From positions 1-16,273 of the forward strand of contig JAYSWN010000008.1 of the NCBI GenBank assembly GCA_043718025.1: a DNA stretch of 16,273 nt. Reading direction: 5' to 3'. Positions 8,408 to 16,273 of this stretch are shown in pieces (position 1 is the first letter of the stretch; each line of letters starts with the position of its first letter). A model generated the notes under the pieces. It was not told where the DNA came from and ran no database searches. It worked only from the letters and a program-made list of their open reading frames with translations. Made by a program: the position numbers and the translations under genes. This DNA comes from Pseudomonadota bacterium. GTDB lineage: Bacteria; Bdellovibrionota; FAC87; UBA2466.

Positions 8408-8971
8408 TTAACGGCCTTTTCCCTTTGGAATATCGATGCCGACTTTAACTACTTGTTTAGCCCCGTCTTCGAAAACTAAGTTCATTTCCCAGTAGCCACC
8501 ATGGGCAATGTCGAGCGTGGCTTCCACTTCAGTCGCCGATTTTTTATTAAGCGTGGCGGTGAAAGGGCCGCCCATTTCCGGCATGGTGGGCATGTCGTAT
8601 TCAACCAGGGTCAGCTTATCGATGGCGAGGGGGGTGAGCGTAAGATCGCTCCATTTGATTGAAAGCACATTCTCTTTTCCCGGTTGAAGATTAAGAGTGG
8701 AAACACTCACCACTTGCCGAGATGGCAAAATGAAGAGGCCCGGCATGGCGTTTGTATTACGCTGGGCTTGCACACGTTCACCTTTCTGACGGAGAACAAG
8801 TCCGCTGCCTTTTTCAGTGTTAGTCGCGTGAACTAGCACGGTGCTGCCCGTGCTTACCGCAGGTTGAGAAATGGCGGACAACGGGGCCGGCGAGTTAATT
8901 TGGCAGCCGGTTAGCATCACGCCGGATAGTAAGATGGCCAATCCGACGGCATGGATGGATTTAAGCTTCAT
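8408..8971 (-). CDS. Lipoprotein with a C-terminal YtkA/FixH-like Ig-fold domain (Met-rich, putative Cu binding)
   Basis: Start at ATG 8971 (MKLKSIHAV...) and lipobox LTGC. YDMPTMPEMG and downstream HGGYWEM follow the MP.M...G.W pattern of YtkA-like domains. Confidence 0.7.
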   Translation of the reverse strand: MKLKSIHAVGLAILLSGVMLTGCQINSPAPLSAISQPAVSTGSTVLVHATNTEKGSGLVLRQKGERVQAQRNTNAMPGLFILPSRQVVSVSTLNLQPGKENVLSIKWSDLTLTPLAIDKLTLVEYDMPTMPEMGGPFTATLNKKSATEVEATLDIAHGGYWEMNLVFEDGAKQVVKVGIDIPKGKGR

Positions 8972-8981
8972 ATTTTTAATG

Positions 8982-9449
8982 TTAATGAGCCATCGCTTGC
9001 TTAAGGTTTTTCCAACCACGAATCACTTCTCCGTCACCAAGCTTCGTCGTTTTATCTTTTGCCGCTTTTTCAGACGCAAAAGCCACCACCGTCGGTGGCA
9101 TGTCGAAGTCGAGCTCTTTCAGTAGATTTTTACTGCGAACCAGAAAGTAAGCGTCGTCGCCCGGTATGGTTTTGTCGCTACTGAAATCGGTGACTTCAAA
9201 TTTGGCCTCGGGAAATTTATCCGAGGTTTTCGTAGCGCAGGCAAAGGAGCAAAGGTGACGCGGTTTTTCCTGCACCTTGGTGAAAAAGGCGGTCTTGGCC
9301 GTGGGCCGAAACGTCATTCCGCAGACCGGACATTCGGCAAGTTTGGCGGAATTTCCGGCGACCGGTGCGGCCACAAGGTGAGGGGAGACCAGGAGGCCTA
9401 AACTTAAGAAGAGGGGAATCAAAAATCCCCGGCTAATGCTTTGCGTCAT
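8982..9449 (-). CDS. NosL-like periplasmic metal (copper) chaperone
   Basis: Signal peptide, then CPVCGM, HLCSFAC, VTDF, AYFLV.S, DM..TVVAFASEKAA and a terminal G..I.GW. This is the NosL/YHS-TRASH layout. Confidence 0.78.
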   Translation of the reverse strand: MTQSISRGFLIPLFLSLGLLVSPHLVAAPVAGNSAKLAECPVCGMTFRPTAKTAFFTKVQEKPRHLCSFACATKTSDKFPEAKFEVTDFSSDKTIPGDDAYFLVRSKNLLKELDFDMPPTVVAFASEKAAKDKTTKLGDGEVIRGWKNLKQAMAH

Positions 9450-9473
9450 GCGGGCAAGCTAGTTAGCCGGGAA
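9421..9473 (-). promoter_or_regulatory. Terminator-like hairpin with the nosL-like start codon in its loop
   Basis: The minus strand reads UUCCCGGCUAA-cua-GCUUGC-ccgcAUGac-GCAAAGC-a-UUAGCCGGGGA followed by UUUUU. Confidence 0.45.
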
Positions 9474-9501
9474 CACTTTGTAAATACTTTGAATCTACCT
9501 C

Positions 9502-10287
9502 TTACTTTGCCAATGATTTTAGGGTTGGACTGAGCGTCAGCAAGTGACTCATCGCGGGACCACTATTTGAAGTGGCCTCTCCAGATGAAGTGCAGCCGCC
9601 CAAGGTGTGCACGCCCATCACCCGTATGCTTTGTTGGTTTTGCTCATCGAAAGAGAGAATGGCCGAGCCTGAGCTGCCGGGTTCGGTGTCACAGCGGTGG
9701 TGCAACATGTTGTCTTTCATCTCGTTTACCGCACACTCCTCAAGCGAGATCTGCATCGGTTTACCGGAGGGGTGGTGCAACATTACCAGCTCTTGTTTTG
9801 CCTTAGCTTGAAGCTTGGCCGGCGGATAATAGCCCCACTTCACGCCGGGCTTTCCTTCGAGGCGAATGATCATAAAATCCTCGTCGTTGCCGGCGCCACC
9901 CTTCTCAACCACTTCGGCGCAGTTAAAAACTTCCTGCTGATCGCGTTCGGCCAAAAAATTGAATGCTACCTTGATCTTGTCGCACGATGACTGAAAGCAG
10001 TGGCGCGCGGTCAAAAAAAGATCGTTCGAGATAAGGGTTCCGGTGCAGCGGGCCACATTGCCTAAGAAAGAAGTTTCGCGGTACTGGCCGATTGGAAAAC
10101 CAAGCTCCTGCAACTCTTCTTCTTGTTCGACTACGGGCGCCATGTTGTTCTCGCCGCAGATGCTGCGAGACGCGTCAATGGAATGGCCTAGCCAATCAGT
10201 TTTTAGAATATCTAAAGAGGCGGCGCTTGAGCGGTGGCTTACTCCGAGTAGGGTCGCGAACAACAACACGGCGAGTCTTTTCGTCAC
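9502..10287 (-). CDS. Secreted trypsin-like (S1) serine protease
   Basis: Catalytic triad contexts CTGTLI...TARHC (His), EDFMII (Asp) and DTEPGSSGS (Ser), plus GVHTLGGC and multiple Cys. A signal peptide follows GTG 10287, which has a GGAG RBS; the ORF track starts at ATG 10308. Confidence 0.9.
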   Translation of the reverse strand: MTKRLAVLLFATLLGVSHRSSAASLDILKTDWLGHSIDASRSICGENNMAPVVEQEEELQELGFPIGQYRETSFLGNVARCTGTLISNDLFLTARHCFQSSCDKIKVAFNFLAERDQQEVFNCAEVVEKGGAGNDEDFMIIRLEGKPGVKWGYYPPAKLQAKAKQELVMLHHPSGKPMQISLEECAVNEMKDNMLHHRCDTEPGSSGSAILSFDEQNQQSIRVMGVHTLGGCTSSGEATSNSGPAMSHLLTLSPTLKSLAK

Positions 10288-10379
10288 GTAGGGCTCCTTT
10301 GGAAGCATTGTTGATACTTACTAAAAAGTGAAACGGTGGTATTCTAATAGAGTCGCTTTTTTCACCCTCCTGTCACACC

Positions 10380-11453
10380 ATGACCCAAAAGCAATTGCTC
10401 CTTCTTGAAGAGGCTAGAGAGCATTTTTACGCCTGGCGTATGCTCGATGCTTACAACATCTTCCGTCGATTCTTCGACCGTTTGCCATTTTCTGCTGAAA
10501 AAGAGCATGCCGAATTTATTGGGCCATTTGTACGTGTGCTGTTTGAACTGGGAAAAGAATTCGAGCTGAAGTTCTATCTCGCTGAACTAGAGAAGTTATA
10601 CCAAAAACAAAAGCATCCGCATATCGCATACGCGCTGGGGTTTCTTTACAGCTATTCGGGCGCCGAAAAAGTGGAAGCGGCGCGCCAGGTTTTTGAAAGT
10701 ATCGTGCGTGATCCTAGCGCCAGCGACTTTCACGCCAAATCAAAAATGATGTTGGCCGATTATCACCTACGAAAAGGGGACGTGCACGCGGCCCATCTTT
10801 GCATCGATTCCGTAGGTGAGGTCGAGGATCCAACGAATGCCACTTTGCTGCAGATCTGGAAAGCGGTGATTGCCCGGCGCGAACAGAAGTTTGAACAGGC
10901 GCGCGACTTGCTTATCGCCGTAATTCTCACCCTTGATTGCCGGCGTAACTGGTACTCCTATTTTTCTGCGATGAACGTGCTGGCCATGGTGCATGTAGAT
11001 TTAGGTGATCTCGATCGCGCCCAACTTGCGGTGGGTGAGCTGGAAAAACTCTTCGACCAAGGTAAGTTTCGGTCGGTACGCGAACAAATCGAATCTCTGC
11101 AATGCATAATCCAAGACAAAAAAGGGAATGGTCTGGTGCGTCTCGTGAAACGAGATACCGATCGGTATGAATTCTTCCACCGCGATCGATGCTTGCCGCT
11201 TAATCCAAAAATTTCTCAAGATCGTTTGCTACTTACGCTTTTGAAAAAAGGCTTTATCGAAAAAGCAATTATCATTCGGGGAATTTACGGCCGCGAGTAT
11301 GTTGCTGAAAAAGATGACAAGCTAATCTATTATCATATTCACAATTTGCGAAAACGTCTCCGCGCCGTGGGATTGCCTAACGATGTCCTGTTGAGTGAAA
11401 AAGAGGGATACCGATGGGCAACACCGGTGGAGACCACCGTGGAGGAACTATGA
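10380..11453 (+). CDS. TPR-repeat protein with a C-terminal OmpR/PhoB-type winged-helix DNA-binding domain
   Basis: Helical TPR-like repeats (YALGFLY...EAARQVFE, LADYHLRKGD...A, NVLAMVHVDLGDLDRA). The C-terminus LL..LLKKG...IIRGIYG...IYYHIHNLRKRL...EGYRW fits Trans_reg_C. Confidence 0.8.
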   Translation: MTQKQLLLLEEAREHFYAWRMLDAYNIFRRFFDRLPFSAEKEHAEFIGPFVRVLFELGKEFELKFYLAELEKLYQKQKHPHIAYALGFLYSYSGAEKVEAARQVFESIVRDPSASDFHAKSKMMLADYHLRKGDVHAAHLCIDSVGEVEDPTNATLLQIWKAVIARREQKFEQARDLLIAVILTLDCRRNWYSYFSAMNVLAMVHVDLGDLDRAQLAVGELEKLFDQGKFRSVREQIESLQCIIQDKKGNGLVRLVKRDTDRYEFFHRDRCLPLNPKISQDRLLLTLLKKGFIEKAIIIRGIYGREYVAEKDDKLIYYHIHNLRKRLRAVGLPNDVLLSEKEGYRWATPVETTVEEL

Positions 11454-12568
11454 GATTGAAGGCCATCTCTCTCATCGTAGCGATGGGGATCTCTTTGTCG
11501 GCAACGGCAAAGATGGAATATTCAAAATTTCTTGAAGGAGAATGCCGCGGACCGGGCGGAGAAGGTCCCAAGCCCCTTGTCCAACTACCCTTCTCACTGT
11601 CGCACATTCAACCTTACTCGTCGGCCAATGAAGTTCTCGACGGGCTGTTTCTTCCCCTCACCGGTCAATTTGCCTTTCGCGATGTTAAGGGAAACCTCAA
11701 AGTCACCAAGTTGGACAGCCACGCGACTACTGCGTTGGCTTCGGTAAAAAAACCGCTGGTGCGCGTGCGATCTGAGTCGGAACGGTTTCTTTCGTTTGAT
11801 AACATCGCCAGCGTCTTCGATAATTTTGAGCGACGTTTTTATAATTATCGGGCGGCGTATAACGGTAAAATTCGGCCGCTTTTTTGGGATAGATTCACCC
11901 AGTACAGCGCGGTGGTAAGCGATGACACCGATCGCAACGCCAAATTCCGCCTTCAGAGTTATCGAGTTGGCGATGGCAACCGGGCGCGCCGCGTCTGCCA
12001 CCGGTTGAACTTTGCGCTGAATAGTGGCTATCAACTGGGCGAAGGGCACGTGTACCCGTTCATGGTGCTGCACCGTACCGAAAAAATCGGCAAAGAGAAT
12101 AAACTCACGGTCTCTTTTCTAAACGTAGAGGATTGCACGATTCAGACTAAGGTTTACGCGGATTTGATGAAGGGCGAAGTGTTCAATGTTTACTATTTTG
12201 CCAAATTGAATTCTCTGCTTATCGAAACGAACCACCCAACCCAGCAGCTAATTTGGGATACCGGGCCAGATGACAAGCATTGCCACTACTACTCGCTAAA
12301 AGGCTCAAAACTATTGATGGTGAGTTACGAACATAACATCATCGGTGCTTTTGATCCGTACGACGGGCTTTCGTTAATATACCTTCACGACTTAGACAAC
12401 AATCCGCCAAAGGCGGCACAGGTCACCGGCGACTACCCAATGGCCGACATGAATTTATTCGACGTGGAATTGAGCAGCGACAAAAATACGTTAGTTGGCG
12501 TGACCCAACTTATTGATAAATCCAAAACGATCATCAAGATCGACGTGCCTAAGTACGATTATCCGTAG
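11450..12568 (+). CDS. Secreted hypothetical protein, beta-rich (possible beta-propeller)
   Basis: GGAGGA RBS before ATG 11450, which overlaps the upstream stop (ATGA). Signal peptide MRLKAISLIVAMGISLSATA. Long ORF of about 372 aa from this start. Confidence 0.8.
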   Translation: MRLKAISLIVAMGISLSATAKMEYSKFLEGECRGPGGEGPKPLVQLPFSLSHIQPYSSANEVLDGLFLPLTGQFAFRDVKGNLKVTKLDSHATTALASVKKPLVRVRSESERFLSFDNIASVFDNFERRFYNYRAAYNGKIRPLFWDRFTQYSAVVSDDTDRNAKFRLQSYRVGDGNRARRVCHRLNFALNSGYQLGEGHVYPFMVLHRTEKIGKENKLTVSFLNVEDCTIQTKVYADLMKGEVFNVYYFAKLNSLLIETNHPTQQLIWDTGPDDKHCHYYSLKGSKLLMVSYEHNIIGAFDPYDGLSLIYLHDLDNNPPKAAQVTGDYPMADMNLFDVELSSDKNTLVGVTQLIDKSKTIIKIDVPKYDYP

Positions 12569-12593
12569 TGCCGGCGTAGCGCACCATCAACGG

Positions 12594-13010
12594 CTACTGT
12601 GCAGCCAGGTAGGCTATTTCGCGTTTGCGCCAGATAAGAAAAACAGCGCCAAACGCCACTAAAAGCACGCAGACCAGTGCCAGTAAGAAGTTAACTCCTG
12701 CATTAGCGCCGATGACCAAAGGCGAATTGGGGTTACCCAGACAGACCGGGCACGCCCAGGCTGACTCTCCCGAGAACGCCAGCCCAGCGATGGATGCCGT
12801 CCACGCGAAGTAGCTTATGCTCTTCCACTTCTTCACAAACCAAATGCCGTAGATAAACAGGCCCACAAAGGTGGCCAGCGAAAGAAAGCCCAAGATCTGC
12901 ATTGTGCCGTCGCCAGTATCGGCCGCTTCACGTAGGCACCACACCCCCAAGCCTAAGCTCAAAAGATTGGATAAGAAGATAAACGCTACGTGAAACGATT
13001 TGAGACCCAT
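12594..13010 (-). CDS. Small membrane protein with a CPVC motif, last gene of the oxidase operon (putative assembly factor)
   Basis: AAGGTG RBS, 17 bp after the subunit IV gene. It has 3-4 hydrophobic segments and AWACPVCLGNPNSPL before the last TM helix. Confidence 0.75.
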   Translation of the reverse strand: MGLKSFHVAFIFLSNLLSLGLGVWCLREAADTGDGTMQILGFLSLATFVGLFIYGIWFVKKWKSISYFAWTASIAGLAFSGESAWACPVCLGNPNSPLVIGANAGVNFLLALVCVLLVAFGAVFLIWRKREIAYLAAQ

Positions 13011-13027
13011 TCAAACACCTTAAGTCA

Positions 13028-13312
13028 TCAGAGATACATAGAGATCGACATGCAAAAGACGAACAAAACTGAGGTGAGCGCGATGGTGGCGTAAATAATT
13101 TTTTTCTCATGCGCCAAATGCATAAAGAATAATGCCACCAGGCTGGCCTTGATTGTGGCAACAAACATAGCCAGCGCAATCGCTTTACCCGTAGATAAGT
13201 GGATGTAAGACACCCCCACCGTCACCACGGTCAAAAACAGCAAGGTTGCAAAAATACCAAGGTATAACTTAACGCTTTTTTTGATCGCCTCGGGCGATGA
13301 ATCAGCAGACAT
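13028..13312 (-). CDS. ctaF: Cytochrome c oxidase subunit IV (prokaryotic COX4/CyoD family)
   Basis: Three TM helices, Y..IF..LL.LT..TV and A.IKASLVALFFMHL motifs, and its position after subunit III. Confidence 0.88.
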   Translation of the reverse strand: MSADSSPEAIKKSVKLYLGIFATLLFLTVVTVGVSYIHLSTGKAIALAMFVATIKASLVALFFMHLAHEKKIIYATIALTSVLFVFCMSISMYL

Positions 13313-13327
13313 AGCTTCCGTCCTCTC

Positions 13328-13927
13328 TTAGAGCAGGTACAACAAGGGAAATAAGAAAATCCAAACCAAATCGACAAAATGCCAGTAAAGGCCGGCCACT
13401 TCGATACGGCCCGTGAACCGTTCTGGTTCAGTGTGCCACATTTTACTGCCGGGGCCTAAAAGGTACGCATTTACTATGATACCGCCGATGATGTGAATGG
13501 CGTGAAGGCCGGTCATCGTAAAGTAGATAGCAAAGTAGGTGTTAGTGGCCGGGTAGTATCCGTGATGAAACTTAGCCTGGTACTCAAAGTACTTAACGAC
13601 CAAAAATACGCAGGAGAGAACTACCGTTAGCCCCATGTACAGTTTGTATTTTCCAAACTCTTTCAGCTTTAACGAGGCCCAAGACATGACAATGGTTACC
13701 GATGAGGTGATCAGGAGCACGGTATTTAAAGCCCCCATCGGAATATTGAGCACTTCATAACCGTGCGGCCACACCGTGGCACCCGTGCGCAGAATGATAA
13801 ACGTCGAAAAGAGCGCTCCGAAGAGCATCACTTCCGAGGCCAAAAACAGCCAAATGCCAAACTTGGCGTTGGTAACTCCGGTTACCGGATGTTCGTGGTC
13901 TACGTAGGGAATTAAGCCAGCAGACAT
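13328..13927 (-). CDS. ctaE: Cytochrome c oxidase subunit III (short form, about 5 TM)
   Basis: [32 protein letters not shown] and [24 protein letters not shown] overlap with subunit I. Confidence 0.95.
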   Translation of the reverse strand: MSAGLIPYVDHEHPVTGVTNAKFGIWLFLASEVMLFGALFSTFIILRTGATVWPHGYEVLNIPMGALNTVLLITSSVTIVMSWASLKLKEFGKYKLYMGLTVVLSCVFLVVKYFEYQAKFHHGYYPATNTYFAIYFTMTGLHAIHIIGGIIVNAYLLGPGSKMWHTEPERFTGRIEVAGLYWHFVDLVWIFLFPLLYLL

Positions 13928-15690
13928 TAGGACTCCTTCGAGAATTGCGGAAGAAGGTTACGGTTTGGTGAGTACTGGTACGGGTCGCGATAGACCTCAA
14001 CCGCGTGCTCAAAATTAACGTGCGGCGGAGGCGTGGGGGTTGCCCACTCCAAGGTGGTGCCACCCCAGGGGTTCTTGTCGGTAACCACTTTGCCTTTTTT
14101 CAGACTCACCACCAAATTGTACAGAAAAGGGAGTTGGAATACGGCCAACGCCCAAGCTGCATAAGACATGACCACGTTAAAGATCTGTCCCTGAGCGCCA
14201 TGGGCGTAAACAGTTTGGTCGAACAACCGGCGCGAAATGCCCATCATCCCCATCATAAGCATCGGCATGAAGATAAAGTTCATGGAAACCATTGAACCCC
14301 AGAAATGAATCTTACCGAGCGTTTCATTAAACATTCGACCCGTCACTTTTGGATACCAGTGATAAACCCCGGCCATCAACGCAAACAGCGTACCCGGCGC
14401 AACCACGTAGTGGAAATGGCCAATAACGTAGTAGGTGTCGTGCAAATGAATGTCCGACGCGGTTAACCCCAAAGGCAATCCGGTTAGGCCACCGATGGCA
14501 AACATGGGTAAAAACGCCAGCGCAAAGAGCATTGGCACCGTGTAGCGAATGGACGCGCCCCACAACGTGAGCAGAAAAGTGGTCAGCACGATTACCGACG
14601 GTATTGAAATGATCAACGTGGTGGCCTGAAAGAATGAGCTCAAGGTGGTTCCCATGCCGGTCATGAACATGTGATGGGCCCAAACGATAAAAGAGGTAAA
14701 GCCCAAAAACAGCAGGGAGTACACTAACGTCCGGTACCCGTAGAGCGGTTTTTTAGTATTAGTGGCAATGATTTCGCCAACAATTCCTACCGCGGGCAAA
14801 ATCAGAACGTAAACTTCCGGGTGCGCCAAGAACCAGAAGAGATGTTGCCACAAGATGGGGTTGCCACCACCGGACACCTGAAGCGCCTCACCGCTTACTA
14901 CTAAGCCACTGGGCATAAAAAAGCTGGTACCCGCCAGACGATCCATGAGCTGGAGTACGCCTGCCGCTTCTAAAGGCGGAAAGGCCAGTAACAATAAGAA
15001 GGCGGTAATTACCTGCGCCCAGACCAAAATCGGCCAGCGCATAAAAGTCAGCCCTTTCACCCGAAGCTGAATGGCGGTGACAATCGTATTGATGCTACCC
15101 AGCAAAGAAGAGGTGATCAAAAAAACCATGCCGATAAGCCAATAGGTCTGAGCGTTGTTAGCAATAACGGCAAGCGGGGGATAAGAGGTCCAGCCACTTG
15201 CGGCGGCGCCACCGGGAGCTAAAAAGCTAAACATCATGATCATGCCGCCAATAAAAAACACCCAGTAGCTCATCATGTTGAGCTTGGGGAAGGCCATGTC
15301 ATGCGCGCCCACTTGAATCGGTAGTAAATAGTTTCCAAAACCGCCGACGCTCAAGGGCACCACGCCCAAGAAGATCATGATGGTTCCGTGCATGGCGCCA
15401 AGTTGGTTATAGGCCTCGGGCGACATCACGCCGCCGGGGAAAAGAGATTCACCCAGCAGCCCACCAATTAGCGGGAGCGGTTGGTTGGGGAAAGCCAGCT
15501 GCCAACGCATGAGTAGCATCAAACCGAAACCAATTAGCAAAAACAACATGGCCGTAACGGCGTACTGGATGCCAATCACTTTATGGTCGACCGAGAAGAT
15601 ATACTTTTTCCAAAAGGGCTCGTGAGCCCAATGTTCCATAGTATCCTTCAACATCTGATCGTGATCACCGGCGTGTGAGGACGCGCTCAT
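13927..15690 (-). CDS. ctaD: Heme-copper oxidase (A-family) subunit I
   Basis: [64 protein letters not shown] and GISRR. All six His ligands and the cross-linked Tyr are present. Confidence 0.98.
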   Translation of the reverse strand: MSASSHAGDHDQMLKDTMEHWAHEPFWKKYIFSVDHKVIGIQYAVTAMLFLLIGFGLMLLMRWQLAFPNQPLPLIGGLLGESLFPGGVMSPEAYNQLGAMHGTIMIFLGVVPLSVGGFGNYLLPIQVGAHDMAFPKLNMMSYWVFFIGGMIMMFSFLAPGGAAASGWTSYPPLAVIANNAQTYWLIGMVFLITSSLLGSINTIVTAIQLRVKGLTFMRWPILVWAQVITAFLLLLAFPPLEAAGVLQLMDRLAGTSFFMPSGLVVSGEALQVSGGGNPILWQHLFWFLAHPEVYVLILPAVGIVGEIIATNTKKPLYGYRTLVYSLLFLGFTSFIVWAHHMFMTGMGTTLSSFFQATTLIISIPSVIVLTTFLLTLWGASIRYTVPMLFALAFLPMFAIGGLTGLPLGLTASDIHLHDTYYVIGHFHYVVAPGTLFALMAGVYHWYPKVTGRMFNETLGKIHFWGSMVSMNFIFMPMLMMGMMGISRRLFDQTVYAHGAQGQIFNVVMSYAAWALAVFQLPFLYNLVVSLKKGKVVTDKNPWGGTTLEWATPTPPPHVNFEHAVEVYRDPYQYSPNRNLLPQFSKES

Positions 15691-16273
15691 GATTCATTCC
15701 CTTCTTCTTCAACTTCTTCTTGAACTTTAGATTTACGGATGGTCGTCTCTTCAACAGGAGCTTTTTGCACGGCAGGCGCGGCTTCCGCCGTCTCTCCCAT
15801 TTGCTCTTTGTGCTGCTCGGCCATCCACTTATCAAACTCTTCTTGCGTCTGGGCAATGAAACTACCGCGCATGCGGTAGTGGCCTACGCCACATAGTTGA
15901 GCGCAGGCAATTTCAAACTCGCCGGTCTCTTTGACTTCAAAATGGACCGGAATCTCCATCCCGGGAATAACGTCTTGTTTAACTCGAGCCACCGGGAGGA
16001 AGAAGGAGTGAATGACGTCTTTTGAACGAAGATCGATGACGATGGGCCGATTAATCGGAACGTGCAGGTTATTAATGGTTACGATGTCATCTTTGCCATC
16101 CGCACTCTCTCGATCCACTCCAATTGGGTTCGATGCGCTGTCGATCTTGGCGTTGTCGGTGGGACCAAATTTTCCGTCTTTACCCGGATAGCGGATGTTC
16201 CATGCGTACTGCTCGGCCACTAACTTAATCACCACCGCGTCTTTGCGATCGGGAAAGTCATTTTTATACTTTC
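15687..16273 (-). CDS. ctaC: Cytochrome c oxidase subunit II, C-terminal CuA domain (5' end lies outside the window)
   Basis: The frame is open to the window edge (...KYKNDFPDRKDAVVIKLVAEQYAW). Motifs SKDVIHSF, KQDVIPG and CAQLCGVGHYRM. ATGA overlap with subunit I. Confidence 0.95.
   Translation of the reverse strand, partial: KYKNDFPDRKDAVVIKLVAEQYAWNIRYPGKDGKFGPTDNAKIDSASNPIGVDRESADGKDDIVTINNLHVPINRPIVIDLRSKDVIHSFFLPVARVKQDVIPGMEIPVHFEVKETGEFEIACAQLCGVGHYRMRGSFIAQTQEEFDKWMAEQHKEQMGETAEAAPAVQKAPVEETTIRKSKVQEEVEEEGNES

Noticed and set aside
8982..9449. Reading the NosL-like gene as evidence of denitrification
   Set aside because: No nosZ, nosD, nosF, nosY or nosR is in the window, and NosL-like domains occur outside nos clusters.
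10323..10376. Imperfect inverted repeat AAAAAGTGA/TCGCTTTTT and TCAC repeats in the protease-regulator intergenic region
   Set aside because: They are short, AT-rich and widely spaced, and cannot be distinguished from chance without comparative data.
11414..11449. Upstream ATG extension of the secreted protein
   Set aside because: ATG 11450 has a strong GGAGGA RBS and an ATGA coupling overlap, and it begins a clean signal peptide.
13927..15690. Reading subunit I as a nitric oxide reductase or quinol oxidase
   Set aside because: The HPEVY Tyr, the CuB histidines and the D-channel are retained, and subunit II has a full CuA motif.

Overview
Bacterial genomic window, roughly 50-55% GC by eye. 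The gene content suggests a Gram-negative aerobe, plausibly Bdellovibrionota/Oligoflexia or another former deltaproteobacterium; this is inference only. From left to right it contains: a palindromic REP-like stretch; a lipoprotein gene with a sigma54 promoter and candidate enhancer; dxs and ispA (minus strand); a stand-alone CoaB-type ligase; a sigma54 activator with no regulatory domain; an orphan HAD-phosphatase/BcbE-like nucleotidyltransferase fusion; and a three-gene envelope module (NosL-like protein, YtkA/FixH-like lipoprotein, outer-membrane barrel with N-terminal Cys-Cys). Next come a secreted trypsin-like protease divergent from a TPR-winged-helix regulator that is coupled to a secreted protein, and the 3' part of a heme-copper oxidase operon (subunit II partial, I, III, IV, plus a CxxC membrane protein). 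The most notable signals are the putative copper uptake/delivery module with no nos genes in the window, an A-family oxidase subunit I lacking the K-channel lysine, and the protease/TPR-wHTH/secreted-protein unit. All family assignments come from motif recognition by eye, with no database searches.
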